Below are positions 1 to 9,579 of a DNA stretch of 64,000 nucleotides, in pieces. The position numbers were made by a program, and so were the translations under genes. Below the pieces are notes generated by a model. The model saw only the letters and a program-made list of their open reading frames with translations, did not search any database and was not told the DNA's origin. This stretch comes from Bacillota bacterium (GTDB lineage: Bacteria; Bacillota; Negativicutes; CTSoil-072). The DNA is taken from the NCBI GenBank assembly GCA_017889545.1, contig JAGFZV010000007.1, forward strand, positions 82,435-146,434, given 5' to 3'. Position 1 is the stretch's first letter. Every line of letters begins with the position of its first letter.

Positions 1-321
1 CGTATCGAATTCCTGGATGTGCGCACTGTCCGGCAGCATGATACCCGCCAACTCCGTGGTGACTTTGGTAGCATAAATTTCGCCCTTAAAGCCTTCTTTG
101 CAAAGCTTAGGCAACAATCCACTGTGGTCAATGTGCGAGTGAGTCAAAAGTACGCAATCAATCTCAGCAGGATTAAATAAGAACCCTCGTTTATTCAATA
201 AGACCACAGCTTTGGATCCCTGAAACATGCCGCAATCGATCAAAATTTTCTTATTATCCGCTTCCAGCAAATAAGATGATCCGGTAACCATCATCGTTGC
301 TCCCAGAAAAGTCAACCGCAT
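1..321 (-). CDS. MBL-fold metallo-hydrolase, beta-CASP RNase type (5' part; runs off window start)
   Basis: Hand translation from ATG at 321: [40 protein letters not shown] (HxHxDH motif); SD AAAGGA upstream; not in the ORF track because truncated. Confidence 0.88.
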   Translation of the reverse strand, partial: MRLTFLGATMMVTGSSYLLEADNKKILIDCGMFQGSKAVVLLNKRGFLFNPAEIDCVLLTHSHIDHSGLLPKLCKEGFKGEIYATKVTTELAGIMLPDSAHIQEFDT

Positions 322-336
322 AGAGCCACATCCTTT

Positions 337-1272
337 TCAATGATCGGATTCTTCTCCCAAAACACGCACTTCCGGCTGTAATAGTACCCCAAACTGGTTC
401 TGCACCCGACGTTGAACCTCCTGAATGAGAGTCAGTACGTCTTGCGCAGTCGCTCCTCCGGCATTCACAACAAAGCCGGCATGTTTGCCCGACACTTGCG
501 CGCCGCCGATTTTAAATCCTTTGAGTCCGGCCTGATCAATTAATGTGCCGGCAAATTGGCCGGGCGGCCGTTTAAACGTGCTGCCCGCACTTGGCAGTTC
601 AATGGGCTGTTTGCTTTCCCGACGAAGAGTTAATTCGTTCATTTTTTGGCAAATATGATTATTTTCGCCTTTTTGTAAATCAATTTCCACTTCGCAAACC
701 ACGTAATGATTTTCTTGAAAAACACTATGCCGGTAACGAAAAGCAATGTCCTGGCGGGAAAATCGCCTTATCTCGCCTAAAGGCGATACAGCCGTTACAG
801 AATTGACGACACAACTCATGTCGCTTTCATACGCTCCGGCATTCATAAACACTGCACCACCGACACTGCCAGGAATGCCGATTGCAAATTCAAACCCCGT
901 TAACCCTTGTTTTGAAGCATAAGTGGATACATCAGACAATAATGCGCCTGCGCCGGCAACAATTCGGGCGCCTTCATGGCGGATGCCGGCAAAATCCTTG
1001 TCAAATTTCAACACAATGCCCCGTATTCCGCCATCCAAAACAAGTACATTGGATCCATTTCCCAATATTGTTAGAGGAACCTGCTGTTCATTCGTTAGAG
1101 ATAGTACAGTCGCAACATCTTGAACGGAAGACGGAAAAATAATACAATCAGCAGGCCCGCCAATTTTAAACGTCGTATATTTTGCCAGCGGTTCCGAAAA
1201 TAGCATGCGGGTTGATGGTAAACTTTTTTGTATTTCCTGTAAAACCGCTCGTGAACATTTATTTTTTTCCAA
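337..1272 (-). CDS. murB: UDP-N-acetylenolpyruvoylglucosamine reductase
   Basis: TTFKIGGPA, GNGSNVL, GIPGSVGGAVFMNAGAY, SAGSTFKRP, HAGFVVN motifs. Confidence 0.96.
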   Translation of the reverse strand: MEKNKCSRAVLQEIQKSLPSTRMLFSEPLAKYTTFKIGGPADCIIFPSSVQDVATVLSLTNEQQVPLTILGNGSNVLVLDGGIRGIVLKFDKDFAGIRHEGARIVAGAGALLSDVSTYASKQGLTGFEFAIGIPGSVGGAVFMNAGAYESDMSCVVNSVTAVSPLGEIRRFSRQDIAFRYRHSVFQENHYVVCEVEIDLQKGENNHICQKMNELTLRRESKQPIELPSAGSTFKRPPGQFAGTLIDQAGLKGFKIGGAQVSGKHAGFVVNAGGATAQDVLTLIQEVQRRVQNQFGVLLQPEVRVLGEESDH

Positions 1273-1615
1273 GAATATCTAGTCCTTCAGCTACCGATTC
1301 GGCAATAATTTTCGAAATATCATTCATAACCATTTGGAAACGTCCCTGCGCTTGTATATAGTCCAGTGCAGTTTTATTATAGCGGATCAATTCAATCATC
1401 TTCTGTAATTGCTCTTTCTTGTCCTTATCCTCAGGCGCGCCGGATAACGCTGCATACTCAACTTCCATTTGTTTGGCAAAAAAATCATTCACCATTTTTT
1501 TTGCGGCAGGGTCGGCAGCAAGCGGTTGCTTGGCTTTCAAAACAGCCTGATATTCGTCGGAAGTATTCAACGCCTTTGCCAGATCATGAGCCTTATCATG
1601 AATATTCATATTCAT
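1259..1615 (-). CDS. YlbF/YmcA (UPF0342-like) family regulator
   Basis: 118 aa helical protein starting NIHDKAHDLAKAL..SDEY; overlaps murB start. Confidence 0.8.
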   Translation of the reverse strand: MNMNIHDKAHDLAKALNTSDEYQAVLKAKQPLAADPAAKKMVNDFFAKQMEVEYAALSGAPEDKDKKEQLQKMIELIRYNKTALDYIQAQGRFQMVMNDISKIIAESVAEGLDILGKK

Positions 1616-1754
1616 TCCACCTTATCTTATATAATACTTATTTCCTTACTTCTACTTTCAACAGTACGTTGATATTGCTTCCATGGCAATCCTTAAAAAT
1701 CCTGCTTGATAAAATTTCCGTTTCATTATTCCGAGGAAATAAGCCAACTCTTTG

Positions 1755-2213
1755 TTAGCGCAATGAAAGAAAATTCATTTGCCGCAAGGCTTCATACGCC
1801 ACAACGGCGACTGCATTGGAAAGATTCAGCGATCGGGCGTCTTCCAACATTGGAACCCGGATGCAATGCGTTTCATTAGCCGCAAGCAAATCTTCCGGCA
1901 AGCCTGCTGTTTCTTTGCCAAAAACCAGAAAATCATCCTGCGAAAAAGAAATATCCGTATATTTTTTTTGCGCTTTTGTCGTATTAAAATAAAAAGCATG
2001 ACCGGCGTATTGCTCGGCCAATTCAGGAAAACTATCGTGGCAGTGAACTGTAACCAAATGCCAATAATCAAGCCCGGCTCGTTTCAAATAACGGTCCTCA
2101 ATCGAAAAGCCCAACGGACGAACCAAATGCAATTCGAAACCCGTAGCCGCACATAAGCGGGCAATATTCCCAGTGTTGCCGGGAATTTCGGGTTCTACCA
2201 AAACAATATGCAT
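1755..2213 (-). CDS. trmL: tRNA (cytidine/uridine-2'-O)-methyltransferase, SPOUT family
   Basis: PEIPGNTGNIARLC, RAGLDYW, FGKETAGL, RSLNLSN motifs; start placed at MHIVL after a GGGGGT SD. Confidence 0.93.
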   Translation of the reverse strand: MHIVLVEPEIPGNTGNIARLCAATGFELHLVRPLGFSIEDRYLKRAGLDYWHLVTVHCHDSFPELAEQYAGHAFYFNTTKAQKKYTDISFSQDDFLVFGKETAGLPEDLLAANETHCIRVPMLEDARSLNLSNAVAVVAYEALRQMNFLSLR

Positions 2214-2214
2214 C

Positions 2215-3126
2215 TCAACTACCCCCAATATCCGGTTTAGATTTAAAATTCAATTGCAGCAAAATAACCGCAATAACAACCAATGCACCGCCAGCCATTT
2301 GCAAAACGCTCATTGTTTCCCCTAATACCCAATAAGCAACCAATGACGCCCAAACAGGTTCCATACAAGCGGTTACCCCTACGTTAGTCGGCGGCAAAAA
2401 ACGCATTCCTATGAAATACAACAAAAATGGTATAATTGTAGAAAATATGACGACATACGACAACATCCCCAAATGAGCAGCTGTGATCCCTTCGCTTTCC
2501 CAGCCATGAGGAAGGATAACCCACCAAAACAAAGCTCCAAAACCAATCGAATAAAGCAGTGCCGTAACAGGCTGATATTGACGGACTGCCCGCTGGCCAA
2601 AAATAGTATTAAAGGCCATGAATACAGCTGACAAAAGTCCGCTGGCCACTCCCATCATACTGATTGATGCCAAATCTCCCGTTCCCAGCAAAATCAGCAA
2701 CCCGCCAAACGTAGCCAAAAAAACCGCCCCGCCGCGAAACCAGCCAAGAGAAACTTTTTGCCAAAGAACAGCATAGGCAGCCATAAACACAGGTGCTAAA
2801 TACTCCAGAAAAACCGCCGTCGCCACATTTGTGGACAAGATTGTAAAGTAATAAAAAAAATTGACCGCCGACATGCCGAAGATCCCCAAAATTGCAAAAT
2901 AGCCAATATCCCGCTTAGAAATTTTCAACAATTCCGGCTTGTAAAAATACAAGCCTACCGCCAACACCAAAAAAGACAATGAGAGCCGTAACTTTACAAG
3001 CAAAAAAGGACTCATCGCCTGATTAAACATTAATTTTGCAACAGATCCGCCAACGCCCCACAAAACTGCTGCGACGGCCACTGCCATATATCCCCGGATT
3101 TCATCGCGCAAAAAAAAATCACCCAT
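2215..3126 (-). CDS. EamA/DMT family transporter
   Basis: 303 aa with ~10 hydrophobic segments and two EamA repeats (LWG.., EYLAP, EPV..LGE). Confidence 0.88.
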   Translation of the reverse strand: MGDFFLRDEIRGYMAVAVAAVLWGVGGSVAKLMFNQAMSPFLLVKLRLSLSFLVLAVGLYFYKPELLKISKRDIGYFAILGIFGMSAVNFFYYFTILSTNVATAVFLEYLAPVFMAAYAVLWQKVSLGWFRGGAVFLATFGGLLILLGTGDLASISMMGVASGLLSAVFMAFNTIFGQRAVRQYQPVTALLYSIGFGALFWWVILPHGWESEGITAAHLGMLSYVVIFSTIIPFLLYFIGMRFLPPTNVGVTACMEPVWASLVAYWVLGETMSVLQMAGGALVVIAVILLQLNFKSKPDIGGS

Positions 3127-3171
3127 TCCATTATTTCATTTCCATGCATCAACATTATATCATTCCACAGA

Positions 3172-3210
3172 TTAAAAAAAAATCCTACCCCGAAAGGCAG
3201 GATTAAAAAC
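3172..3210 (-). terminator. Probable intrinsic terminator after the amidohydrolase pair
   Basis: AATCCT..AGGATT stem followed by a T10 tract on the minus strand. Confidence 0.6.
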
Positions 3211-3245
3211 GAACTATATAAGATGATGTGGTCCGTATCACGTTT

Positions 3246-4415
3246 TTAGGATAAGAGTTTTAGTGCTGTTCTGGCCATCACTTCTACTCCGTTTGCCAAC
3301 GCCTTTTCATCCATATCAAATTTGGGGTGATGGTGAGGATAAACAATCCCTTTTTCCGGATTGCCAATTCCAACAAAAATAAATGCTCCCGGAACTTTTT
3401 CCTGAAAATAGGAAAAATCCTCTCCGCCCATGGATGGTTGAATTTGAGTCACACCTTGATTCCCCAATACTTCGGCGCCAACTTCGGCAAAAGTTTTAGT
3501 AATCGCCAAATCATTGATCACCGGCGGGAACCCGAAGATTTTATCAACGGAATAGGTTGCGCCGGCTGCTTCACAGATCCCTTTGGTGATCTGTTCAATT
3601 CGTTCAAATACCTTTAGCCTGACTTGCTGTTCAAATGACCGTACAGTCCCTTTCATGACAGCAGTATCAGGGATAATATTGAACACTTCGCCCGAATGGA
3701 AGGAACCGATTGACAATACCGCTGCTTCCAGCGGATCGACACTCAGACTGGTCACAGAACTGAGTGCAGTGGCGATTTGTGCAGCAACCAGTAATGCGCT
3801 GACGGTTTGATGAGGCATTGAACCGTGTCCTCCACGGCCTTTTACAGTAATGGCAAACTCATCGGGCGCCGCCATCATTCTTCCGTAGGCAATCCCGATT
3901 GCATCAATTGGAACGGGCTGCCACAGATGAGCGCCGATAATCATATCCACGCCGTCCAATGCGCCCTCTGCAATGAGAGATAACGCTCCGCCGGGAAATT
4001 TTTCTTCCGTCGGCTGAAACAAAAAACGGACATTACCGGCCAACTCTTCTTTCATTTCGGTTAATACCTTGGCAACACCCAGCAGCATGGCAATGTGCCC
4101 GTCATGACCGCAGGCATGGCACACGCCATGATTTTGCGACTGATACGATTGCTCACACTCATCCTGGATCGGCAGTGCATCTATATCAGCACGAATTGCC
4201 AAAGTAGGGCCCTGTTTCGCGCCCTCTAATTCGGCAATGACGCCTGTGTTGGCTATCGGCCGCGGTTTCAGACCCAGCGCTGTCAGTTCTGCCATAATTC
4301 TTTTCTGGGTATTGAATTCTTGGGTGCTTAATTCGGGATACATGTGGAAATAGCGCCGTAAGGCTACCACCGCTTCATGTTGTTCCTGTACCAGCTGTTT
4401 GACGTCTTTCTTCAA
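3246..4415 (-). CDS. M20D family amidohydrolase (copy 1)
   Basis: RRYFHMYPEL, RADIDAL, HACGHD, FQPTEE, GRGGHG, GGEDF, HHHPKF motifs. Confidence 0.92.
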   Translation of the reverse strand: MKKDVKQLVQEQHEAVVALRRYFHMYPELSTQEFNTQKRIMAELTALGLKPRPIANTGVIAELEGAKQGPTLAIRADIDALPIQDECEQSYQSQNHGVCHACGHDGHIAMLLGVAKVLTEMKEELAGNVRFLFQPTEEKFPGGALSLIAEGALDGVDMIIGAHLWQPVPIDAIGIAYGRMMAAPDEFAITVKGRGGHGSMPHQTVSALLVAAQIATALSSVTSLSVDPLEAAVLSIGSFHSGEVFNIIPDTAVMKGTVRSFEQQVRLKVFERIEQITKGICEAAGATYSVDKIFGFPPVINDLAITKTFAEVGAEVLGNQGVTQIQPSMGGEDFSYFQEKVPGAFIFVGIGNPEKGIVYPHHHPKFDMDEKALANGVEVMARTALKLLS

Positions 4416-4490
4416 TTTGATGACCCCTCTCTAATTTCGCACACATAAATTGTGATTGCTGGGAAACTTGATCTTTTAGTACATTAGCGG

Positions 4491-5684
4491 CTAATCAGCA
4501 AAATCCTGCAAGTAATCCAACGTTAATTGGGATAAAGCTGCCGCCCCATAGGGCAATGCACCTTCATCAATGTCAAATTTCGGATGGTGCCACTGTAAAT
4601 CCATTCCGATTGACTGGCTGCCGGTACCAAGCCAAAAATAAACTCCCGGCGTCTGTTGCTGATAGATGGCAAAATCTTCACCGCCCATACAAGGGAATGC
4701 TGCAACCAATCCTTCGGCGCCGACTACTTTTTCCAATGATTGCCGGCAAAATTTTTGCAAATTCTCCGGATTAATCACGGCAGGCAGGTCGTGGCGATAC
4801 ATCATATCGACTTCTGTATTCATCGCAGCGGCAATGTGAGTGACCATCGAACGGAGACGTTCCGGCATCCCGCTTCGCAGCTGCGGACAAAAAGTTCGCA
4901 CGGTACCCCATATTTCGACTTTTTCCGGGATCACATTATTGGCTTCACCGCCATGAATACTGCCAAAAGAAATAACAACAGCATCCAACGGATTTACCTG
5001 TCTGCTGACAATGGTCTGCGCGCCCTGAATAATAGCCGCGGCCGCGACAATTGGATCAAGGGTTGTATGCGGCATGGCGCCATGCCCGCCCTTTCCCTGT
5101 ACTGTAATACGAATAACATCCACGGCTGCCATCAATGGACCGGATTTAAAGGCAATTTTGCCAACCGGAATATCCGGTTTCGTATGCAGACCAAAAATCA
5201 CATCCACTTTGGGTGCAGCAAGTACTCCTTGATCAATCAACGACTGCGCCCCGCCAAAAAGCTCCTCCGCCGGCTGAAAAAGCAACTTCACTGTCCCTTT
5301 CAGTTCGTTCCGACGCTGCACTAACAAGCGGGCTGCTCCCAGCAAACAGGCAATGTGCGCATCGTGACCGCAAGCATGCATCACACCGGGGGTCTGTGAT
5401 TGGTAAGATACGTCGTTTTCCTCCTGGACAGGCAGCGCGTCTATATCCGCCCGCAATGCGACAACTTTTCCCGGCTGTTTTCCTTCAATAATTCCAACAA
5501 CGCCTGTTTCCTTGTTTAATGGGAGAATCTCTACGCCATAACTTTGCAATATAGTACGGATTAACTGGGATGTTCGGTGTTCCTGAAATCCGATTTCCGG
5601 ATAGCGGTGAATGGCGCGACGGATTTCAATTAGCGAATGATGCATCGTCTTTGCTTGTGAAATGAGCGGTTCCATAACATACAA
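4491..5684 (-). CDS. M20D family amidohydrolase (copy 2)
   Basis: RRAIHRYPE, RADIDAL, HACGHD, FQPAEE, GKGGHG, GGEDF, WHHPKF motifs; start may be ATG at 5675. Confidence 0.92.
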   Translation of the reverse strand: MYVMEPLISQAKTMHHSLIEIRRAIHRYPEIGFQEHRTSQLIRTILQSYGVEILPLNKETGVVGIIEGKQPGKVVALRADIDALPVQEENDVSYQSQTPGVMHACGHDAHIACLLGAARLLVQRRNELKGTVKLLFQPAEELFGGAQSLIDQGVLAAPKVDVIFGLHTKPDIPVGKIAFKSGPLMAAVDVIRITVQGKGGHGAMPHTTLDPIVAAAAIIQGAQTIVSRQVNPLDAVVISFGSIHGGEANNVIPEKVEIWGTVRTFCPQLRSGMPERLRSMVTHIAAAMNTEVDMMYRHDLPAVINPENLQKFCRQSLEKVVGAEGLVAAFPCMGGEDFAIYQQQTPGVYFWLGTGSQSIGMDLQWHHPKFDIDEGALPYGAAALSQLTLDYLQDFAD

Positions 5685-5710
5685 GTCCTTTCCCGTTTAA
5701 ATAATTTCGT

Positions 5711-6334
5711 TTAACTGCCAATGCTCCAAAATACCAGGACCCCAAATAAAAAGAGAATGAGCCCCGATAGTTTGTTCACTAACACGAGCCATTTCGGACT
5801 AAGCCGTATTTGGAAAAAGCTAATACCGGCACTAAGAAAAAACCACCAAATTGCAGAGCCGGTAAACACCCCCAAAACCATAATAACAGCGGAAAAATAG
5901 TTTTTTCCGGCATCGGCCAACCCCAATCCGGCAAAAATCATTACATAAGCAATGATTGTCAGCGGATTAGTCAAAGTTAATGCAAATGTGGACAGATACG
6001 CTCCCAGCAATCCATTGCTGGACACATCGATCGAGGTTTCTCCCTGCAAAGGTTTGCTTAAAAACGCCCTAATCCCAAGCCAACAAAGAAAAATGCCACC
6101 CGCAATGGATAGCCGCAGTTTTTGGCTGATCATAAAATCGGAAATAAAAGTAAGTCCAAAGGCAGCGATTCCTCCATATATTGCATCGGCCGTCGCCGCT
6201 CCCAAACCGGAGTAAAATCCATAGGCCCGGCCCTTGGCAAAGGTACGGCGAATACATAGAATGCCGATCGGCCCTACCGGAGCGGCAATAGAAAATCCAA
6301 CAAGAATCCCCTTAAAAAACAAAAACAGCTCCAC
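5711..6334 (-). CDS. LysE family amino acid exporter
   Basis: IAAPVGP..G, GLGAATADA, LTLTNP motifs; ~6 TM segments. Confidence 0.9.
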   Translation of the reverse strand: MELFLFFKGILVGFSIAAPVGPIGILCIRRTFAKGRAYGFYSGLGAATADAIYGGIAAFGLTFISDFMISQKLRLSIAGGIFLCWLGIRAFLSKPLQGETSIDVSSNGLLGAYLSTFALTLTNPLTIIAYVMIFAGLGLADAGKNYFSAVIMVLGVFTGSAIWWFFLSAGISFFQIRLSPKWLVLVNKLSGLILFLFGVLVFWSIGS

Positions 6335-6559
6335 GCCCCATACTCCTCCGTTGCTTTCTATTTATAGACAATCAGAAGGATCATTCCTTTAGTATACTTA
6401 TTTGCCTTTCAAGCCGTCAACTCCTGCCCCTGCACAGATTAAGTTGTTATCCTTCAGCAAAGTGCAAATTGCAGGATTTTTTAATGTATTGTATAATAAC
6501 ATCACTCATGAAAGAATAACCGGACAGGCAGGTTCGCTTCTCAAAGGAGGATTCATTCA

Positions 6560-6832
6560 ATGTCCAAAAGGATTGGCGTAATTGGGATTGTTCTTAATAA
6601 TCCGCATGCTGTCGCCGACAAAGTGAATAGTATTATTAGTGGATACGGTCAAATCATCATTGGCCGGATGGGAATTCCTAAACAGGAAGAAAATGTCGGG
6701 TTGATTGCGCTTCTAATTGAGGGCAGCACCGATGAGGTTGGCGCACTAACCGGCAAACTTGGCAACATTCCTGGTGTTATCGTTAAATCTGCACTTACTT
6801 CCCGGCAGCCGGCAAACAAAACAAATGCCTGA
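6560..6832 (+). CDS. TM1266 family small ACT-like protein (putative [FeFe]-hydrogenase system regulator)
   Basis: KRIGVIGIV..IIGRMGIP..GALTGKLGNIPGV.VKS signature; SD AAAGGAGG. Confidence 0.85.
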   Translation: MSKRIGVIGIVLNNPHAVADKVNSIISGYGQIIIGRMGIPKQEENVGLIALLIEGSTDEVGALTGKLGNIPGVIVKSALTSRQPANKTNA

Positions 6833-6851
6833 AATTGAAATTATCCTGTCA

Positions 6852-6900
6852 AAAAAAAACGAAAAGGGAATGGCCTTGCCTATCCCTTTTCTTCCCATTT
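6852..6900. terminator. Bidirectional terminator between convergent genes
   Basis: GAAAAGGGA..TCCCTTTTC stem flanked by A and T tracts. Confidence 0.6.
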
Positions 6901-6941
6901 TTGTCCAGAAAACAATATTGTTTGATTTAGCTATCTGACTC

Positions 6942-7733
6942 TTACAAAACAGACATATTATGGTCTTTCACGTCGCAAATAAACATGTGCCCAGGCGCAT
7001 GCGTAATCATCAATTCCGGTTTTACAGTCATGGCAACCGCTTGCGGCGTAACTCCACAAGCCCAAAATACCGGTACTTCACCTGGACGGATGGTAACGGG
7101 ATCGCCGAAATCGGGTTTTGCAATATCCTTAATGCCGATGGCTTCCGGATCACCCAAATGGATCGGTGCACCATGCACTGCCGGAAACCGTGATGTGATC
7201 TGTACCGCACGGATAACCATTGCTTGGGGGATCGGCCGCATGCTAACCACAACAGGACCATGAAATACGCCTGCCCTCTGGCATTCAATATTCGTGATGT
7301 ACATCGGAACATTACAGTTCTCTTCAATATGACGGATCGGAATATCGGCGTCCAGAAGCGGCGTTTCAAAAGTAAAACTGCAGCCTAATAAAAAAGCGAC
7401 CAAATCATCACGCCAATATTTTGCCAAATCCAAAACTTCCTCCACCAACTCACCATGACGATAAATTCGATATTTCGGGATATCGAACCGCAAATCCGCT
7501 CCAGGCGCCATCAAGCGAGGTTCAGCTGAACCCATTTCAGTGACATCAAGTACCGGACATGGTTTGGGATTACGTTGGGCAAACAGTAAGAAATCAAAGG
7601 CCAGTTCACGTGGTAAGATGGCCAGATTGGCTTGCGTAAAGCCTTTTGCCATTCCCGAGGTTGGCCGAACTAATTTGTTGGCCCGGAATAATTTGCGTAT
7701 TTCTTGGGGCGGCATGTTTGCATATTCCGACAT
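6942..7733 (-). CDS. DUF1445/YcsI family putative hydro-lyase (D-glutamate cyclase-like)
   Basis: [48 protein letters not shown] motifs; start at ATG 7733 after GGAGG. Confidence 0.9.
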   Translation of the reverse strand: MSEYANMPPQEIRKLFRANKLVRPTSGMAKGFTQANLAILPRELAFDFLLFAQRNPKPCPVLDVTEMGSAEPRLMAPGADLRFDIPKYRIYRHGELVEEVLDLAKYWRDDLVAFLLGCSFTFETPLLDADIPIRHIEENCNVPMYITNIECQRAGVFHGPVVVSMRPIPQAMVIRAVQITSRFPAVHGAPIHLGDPEAIGIKDIAKPDFGDPVTIRPGEVPVFWACGVTPQAVAMTVKPELMITHAPGHMFICDVKDHNMSVL

Positions 7734-7764
7734 CAAAATCCCTCCGCATCTTTTCACAAAACTT

Positions 7765-7825
7765 TAGAAAACCCGGCTTGCGCCGAACTTTTATAGCGAC
7801 GGCGGAAGCCGTTGGTTGCACTTAT
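7765..7825. repeat. Short two-hairpin interspersed repeat / MITE-like unit
   Basis: AGAAAAC..CGGC-ttgc-GCCG..ACGGC-ggaa-GCCGT..GTTGCACTTAT; resembles an intergenic repeat recalled from clostridial/Negativicutes genomes; single copy in this window. Confidence 0.45.
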
Positions 7826-7873
7826 GTACACCAGATAAAAAAAATTTATACTTTCTGGTGTACTAAAAAAGGA

Positions 7874-7898
7874 ATTCGCCATAAACAGCGCAATTCCT
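7874..7898 (-). promoter_or_regulatory. SigH-type promoter candidate for the DUF1445 gene
   Basis: AGGA-N17-GAAT on the minus strand (AAAGGAATT..GCGAAT). Confidence 0.5.
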
Positions 7899-7951
7899 TT
7901 TCATTCAGTGAGCCTTAGGCTGTTAACGAAGATAAAGAAGGTGAACTTAGC

Positions 7952-9571
7952 ATGAAGCGCTTTATTTCTACCCTCATCGCTGTCTTGCTGATCGCTGTCA
8001 TCAGTTTTGAAAGCAGCCTGTTCTTCGGTGTGCTCGATTACAAACCAGACCTTGAAGTCACCGAGCAAAGCAATGAATATCTTCTCACTTGGACAAAATT
8101 CCTCTTACCGGTTCATTACGAAGTAGAAATATTAAGTACGCCTCCTGTCAGTGATCAGAAAAAAATGCCAAAGTCCAAAATCATCGCCAAATATAGCACC
8201 TGGGATAAAACCCTGATTATTAACCAGAGCTTCCCTTTTCGTACCTATTGGCGGGTTTCGGCGCGCGGTTTATTTAATAACCCGATTGGTTCTTTTTCCG
8301 ATGCGGTTAATTTAGCAGAAGTCATGAAAGTCACTCCGAAAGACTTTGCCCAGGTAAAACCGCAACTGCTTTCAAAATATCCTGCAGAATCTCCTGCTCC
8401 GGAACAGCCTATGCTTGCATGGAGCGTAGTACAGGGCGCCGTATTTTATGAAATTGAATTGCTAAGTCAACCGCCGGAAAATCCGAATGATATTGAGCCT
8501 TCCATGTACCGCATAGCCACCTCGCGCGAAATATTCAATAACGGCTTTAACGCCAGTTTGGAAAATCATGCCGGCAATCATTTTTACTGGCGGGTGAGGG
8601 CTCTGGATTATACGGGTTCGCCGATGGGCGTTTTTTCTGATGCCGGGGAAATTTTTATTGACCGTTCAATCAAACGGCCGCTTAAACCGCTTCTCAATAC
8701 CACCTTTAATCAAAACGGCATGCCGACGCCGCTTTACCCGGCTTATTCCTGGATCCCCATTCGCGGGGCCACCCGCTATGAAGTGGAGATTACTTCTTCG
8801 CCGCCCGAAAACCCGAACGGCACTGCACCCTCCGTCCATCGGATATGGAGTAAGCAAGTCATTGCGTTTGACTGTTACGATGATGAAGCTAGGATCATAC
8901 CGGGAATTTATTATTGGCGAGTGCGCGGATTGGATAATGACGGACAGACTGTGGGCATTTTTTCGGATGCACAGCCTTTTGTGGTCGATCTGAGCAAAGG
9001 CAACTATTCTGCGTGTTACGGCGATAGTATCACCCACGGCGGGGGTGCAATCTCATATTCCCCATCAGATTGGGAATATAGTTTTCAAACTTATTTAAAT
9101 TTCCCAACCGTTAATCTAGGTCGAAGCGGTGACACGTCCGAAACAATGGTGGACCGTTTCGAAGAAGAAGTGCTGCCATTTCATCCGAAATATTTGATTA
9201 TTCTCGGAGGGACAAACAGCCTTCGCGGCGGAGCTGCCCCTTCGCAAGTGATAAAAGATCTTACCATCGTGCGCGAAAAATGTCTCGCGAACGGAATTCG
9301 GCCGATTTTTATGACATTGCCGCCCATAAACCCTGAATTCATTCTTCGCGCTTTCAATGAAGAAACCGTCCCCGATTGGCGCGAACGGTTTGATATTGTA
9401 AACCGGTTTATTCGGCAACAACGTTATGTGATCGACCTCGAACCATATTTTATGGATCCCGATCGCAGCCTGCCGGATCATTTTGCCGTCGATGGCCTGC
9501 ATCTCGATATTGAAGGGAAAAAATTAATGGCGCAAATTATTAACGCACAGTGGAGCAAAGTGACCCGCTGA
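7952..9571 (+). CDS. Exported/anchored SGNH (GDSL) hydrolase with three N-terminal beta-sandwich-like repeats
   Basis: Hydrophobic N-terminus; repeats with YEVEI..YWRV; SGNH blocks GDSIT, GRSG, GGTN, DGLH. Confidence 0.82.
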   Translation: MKRFISTLIAVLLIAVISFESSLFFGVLDYKPDLEVTEQSNEYLLTWTKFLLPVHYEVEILSTPPVSDQKKMPKSKIIAKYSTWDKTLIINQSFPFRTYWRVSARGLFNNPIGSFSDAVNLAEVMKVTPKDFAQVKPQLLSKYPAESPAPEQPMLAWSVVQGAVFYEIELLSQPPENPNDIEPSMYRIATSREIFNNGFNASLENHAGNHFYWRVRALDYTGSPMGVFSDAGEIFIDRSIKRPLKPLLNTTFNQNGMPTPLYPAYSWIPIRGATRYEVEITSSPPENPNGTAPSVHRIWSKQVIAFDCYDDEARIIPGIYYWRVRGLDNDGQTVGIFSDAQPFVVDLSKGNYSACYGDSITHGGGAISYSPSDWEYSFQTYLNFPTVNLGRSGDTSETMVDRFEEEVLPFHPKYLIILGGTNSLRGGAAPSQVIKDLTIVREKCLANGIRPIFMTLPPINPEFILRAFNEETVPDWRERFDIVNRFIRQQRYVIDLEPYFMDPDRSLPDHFAVDGLHLDIEGKKLMAQIINAQWSKVTR

Positions 9572-9579
9572 ATAATTTG

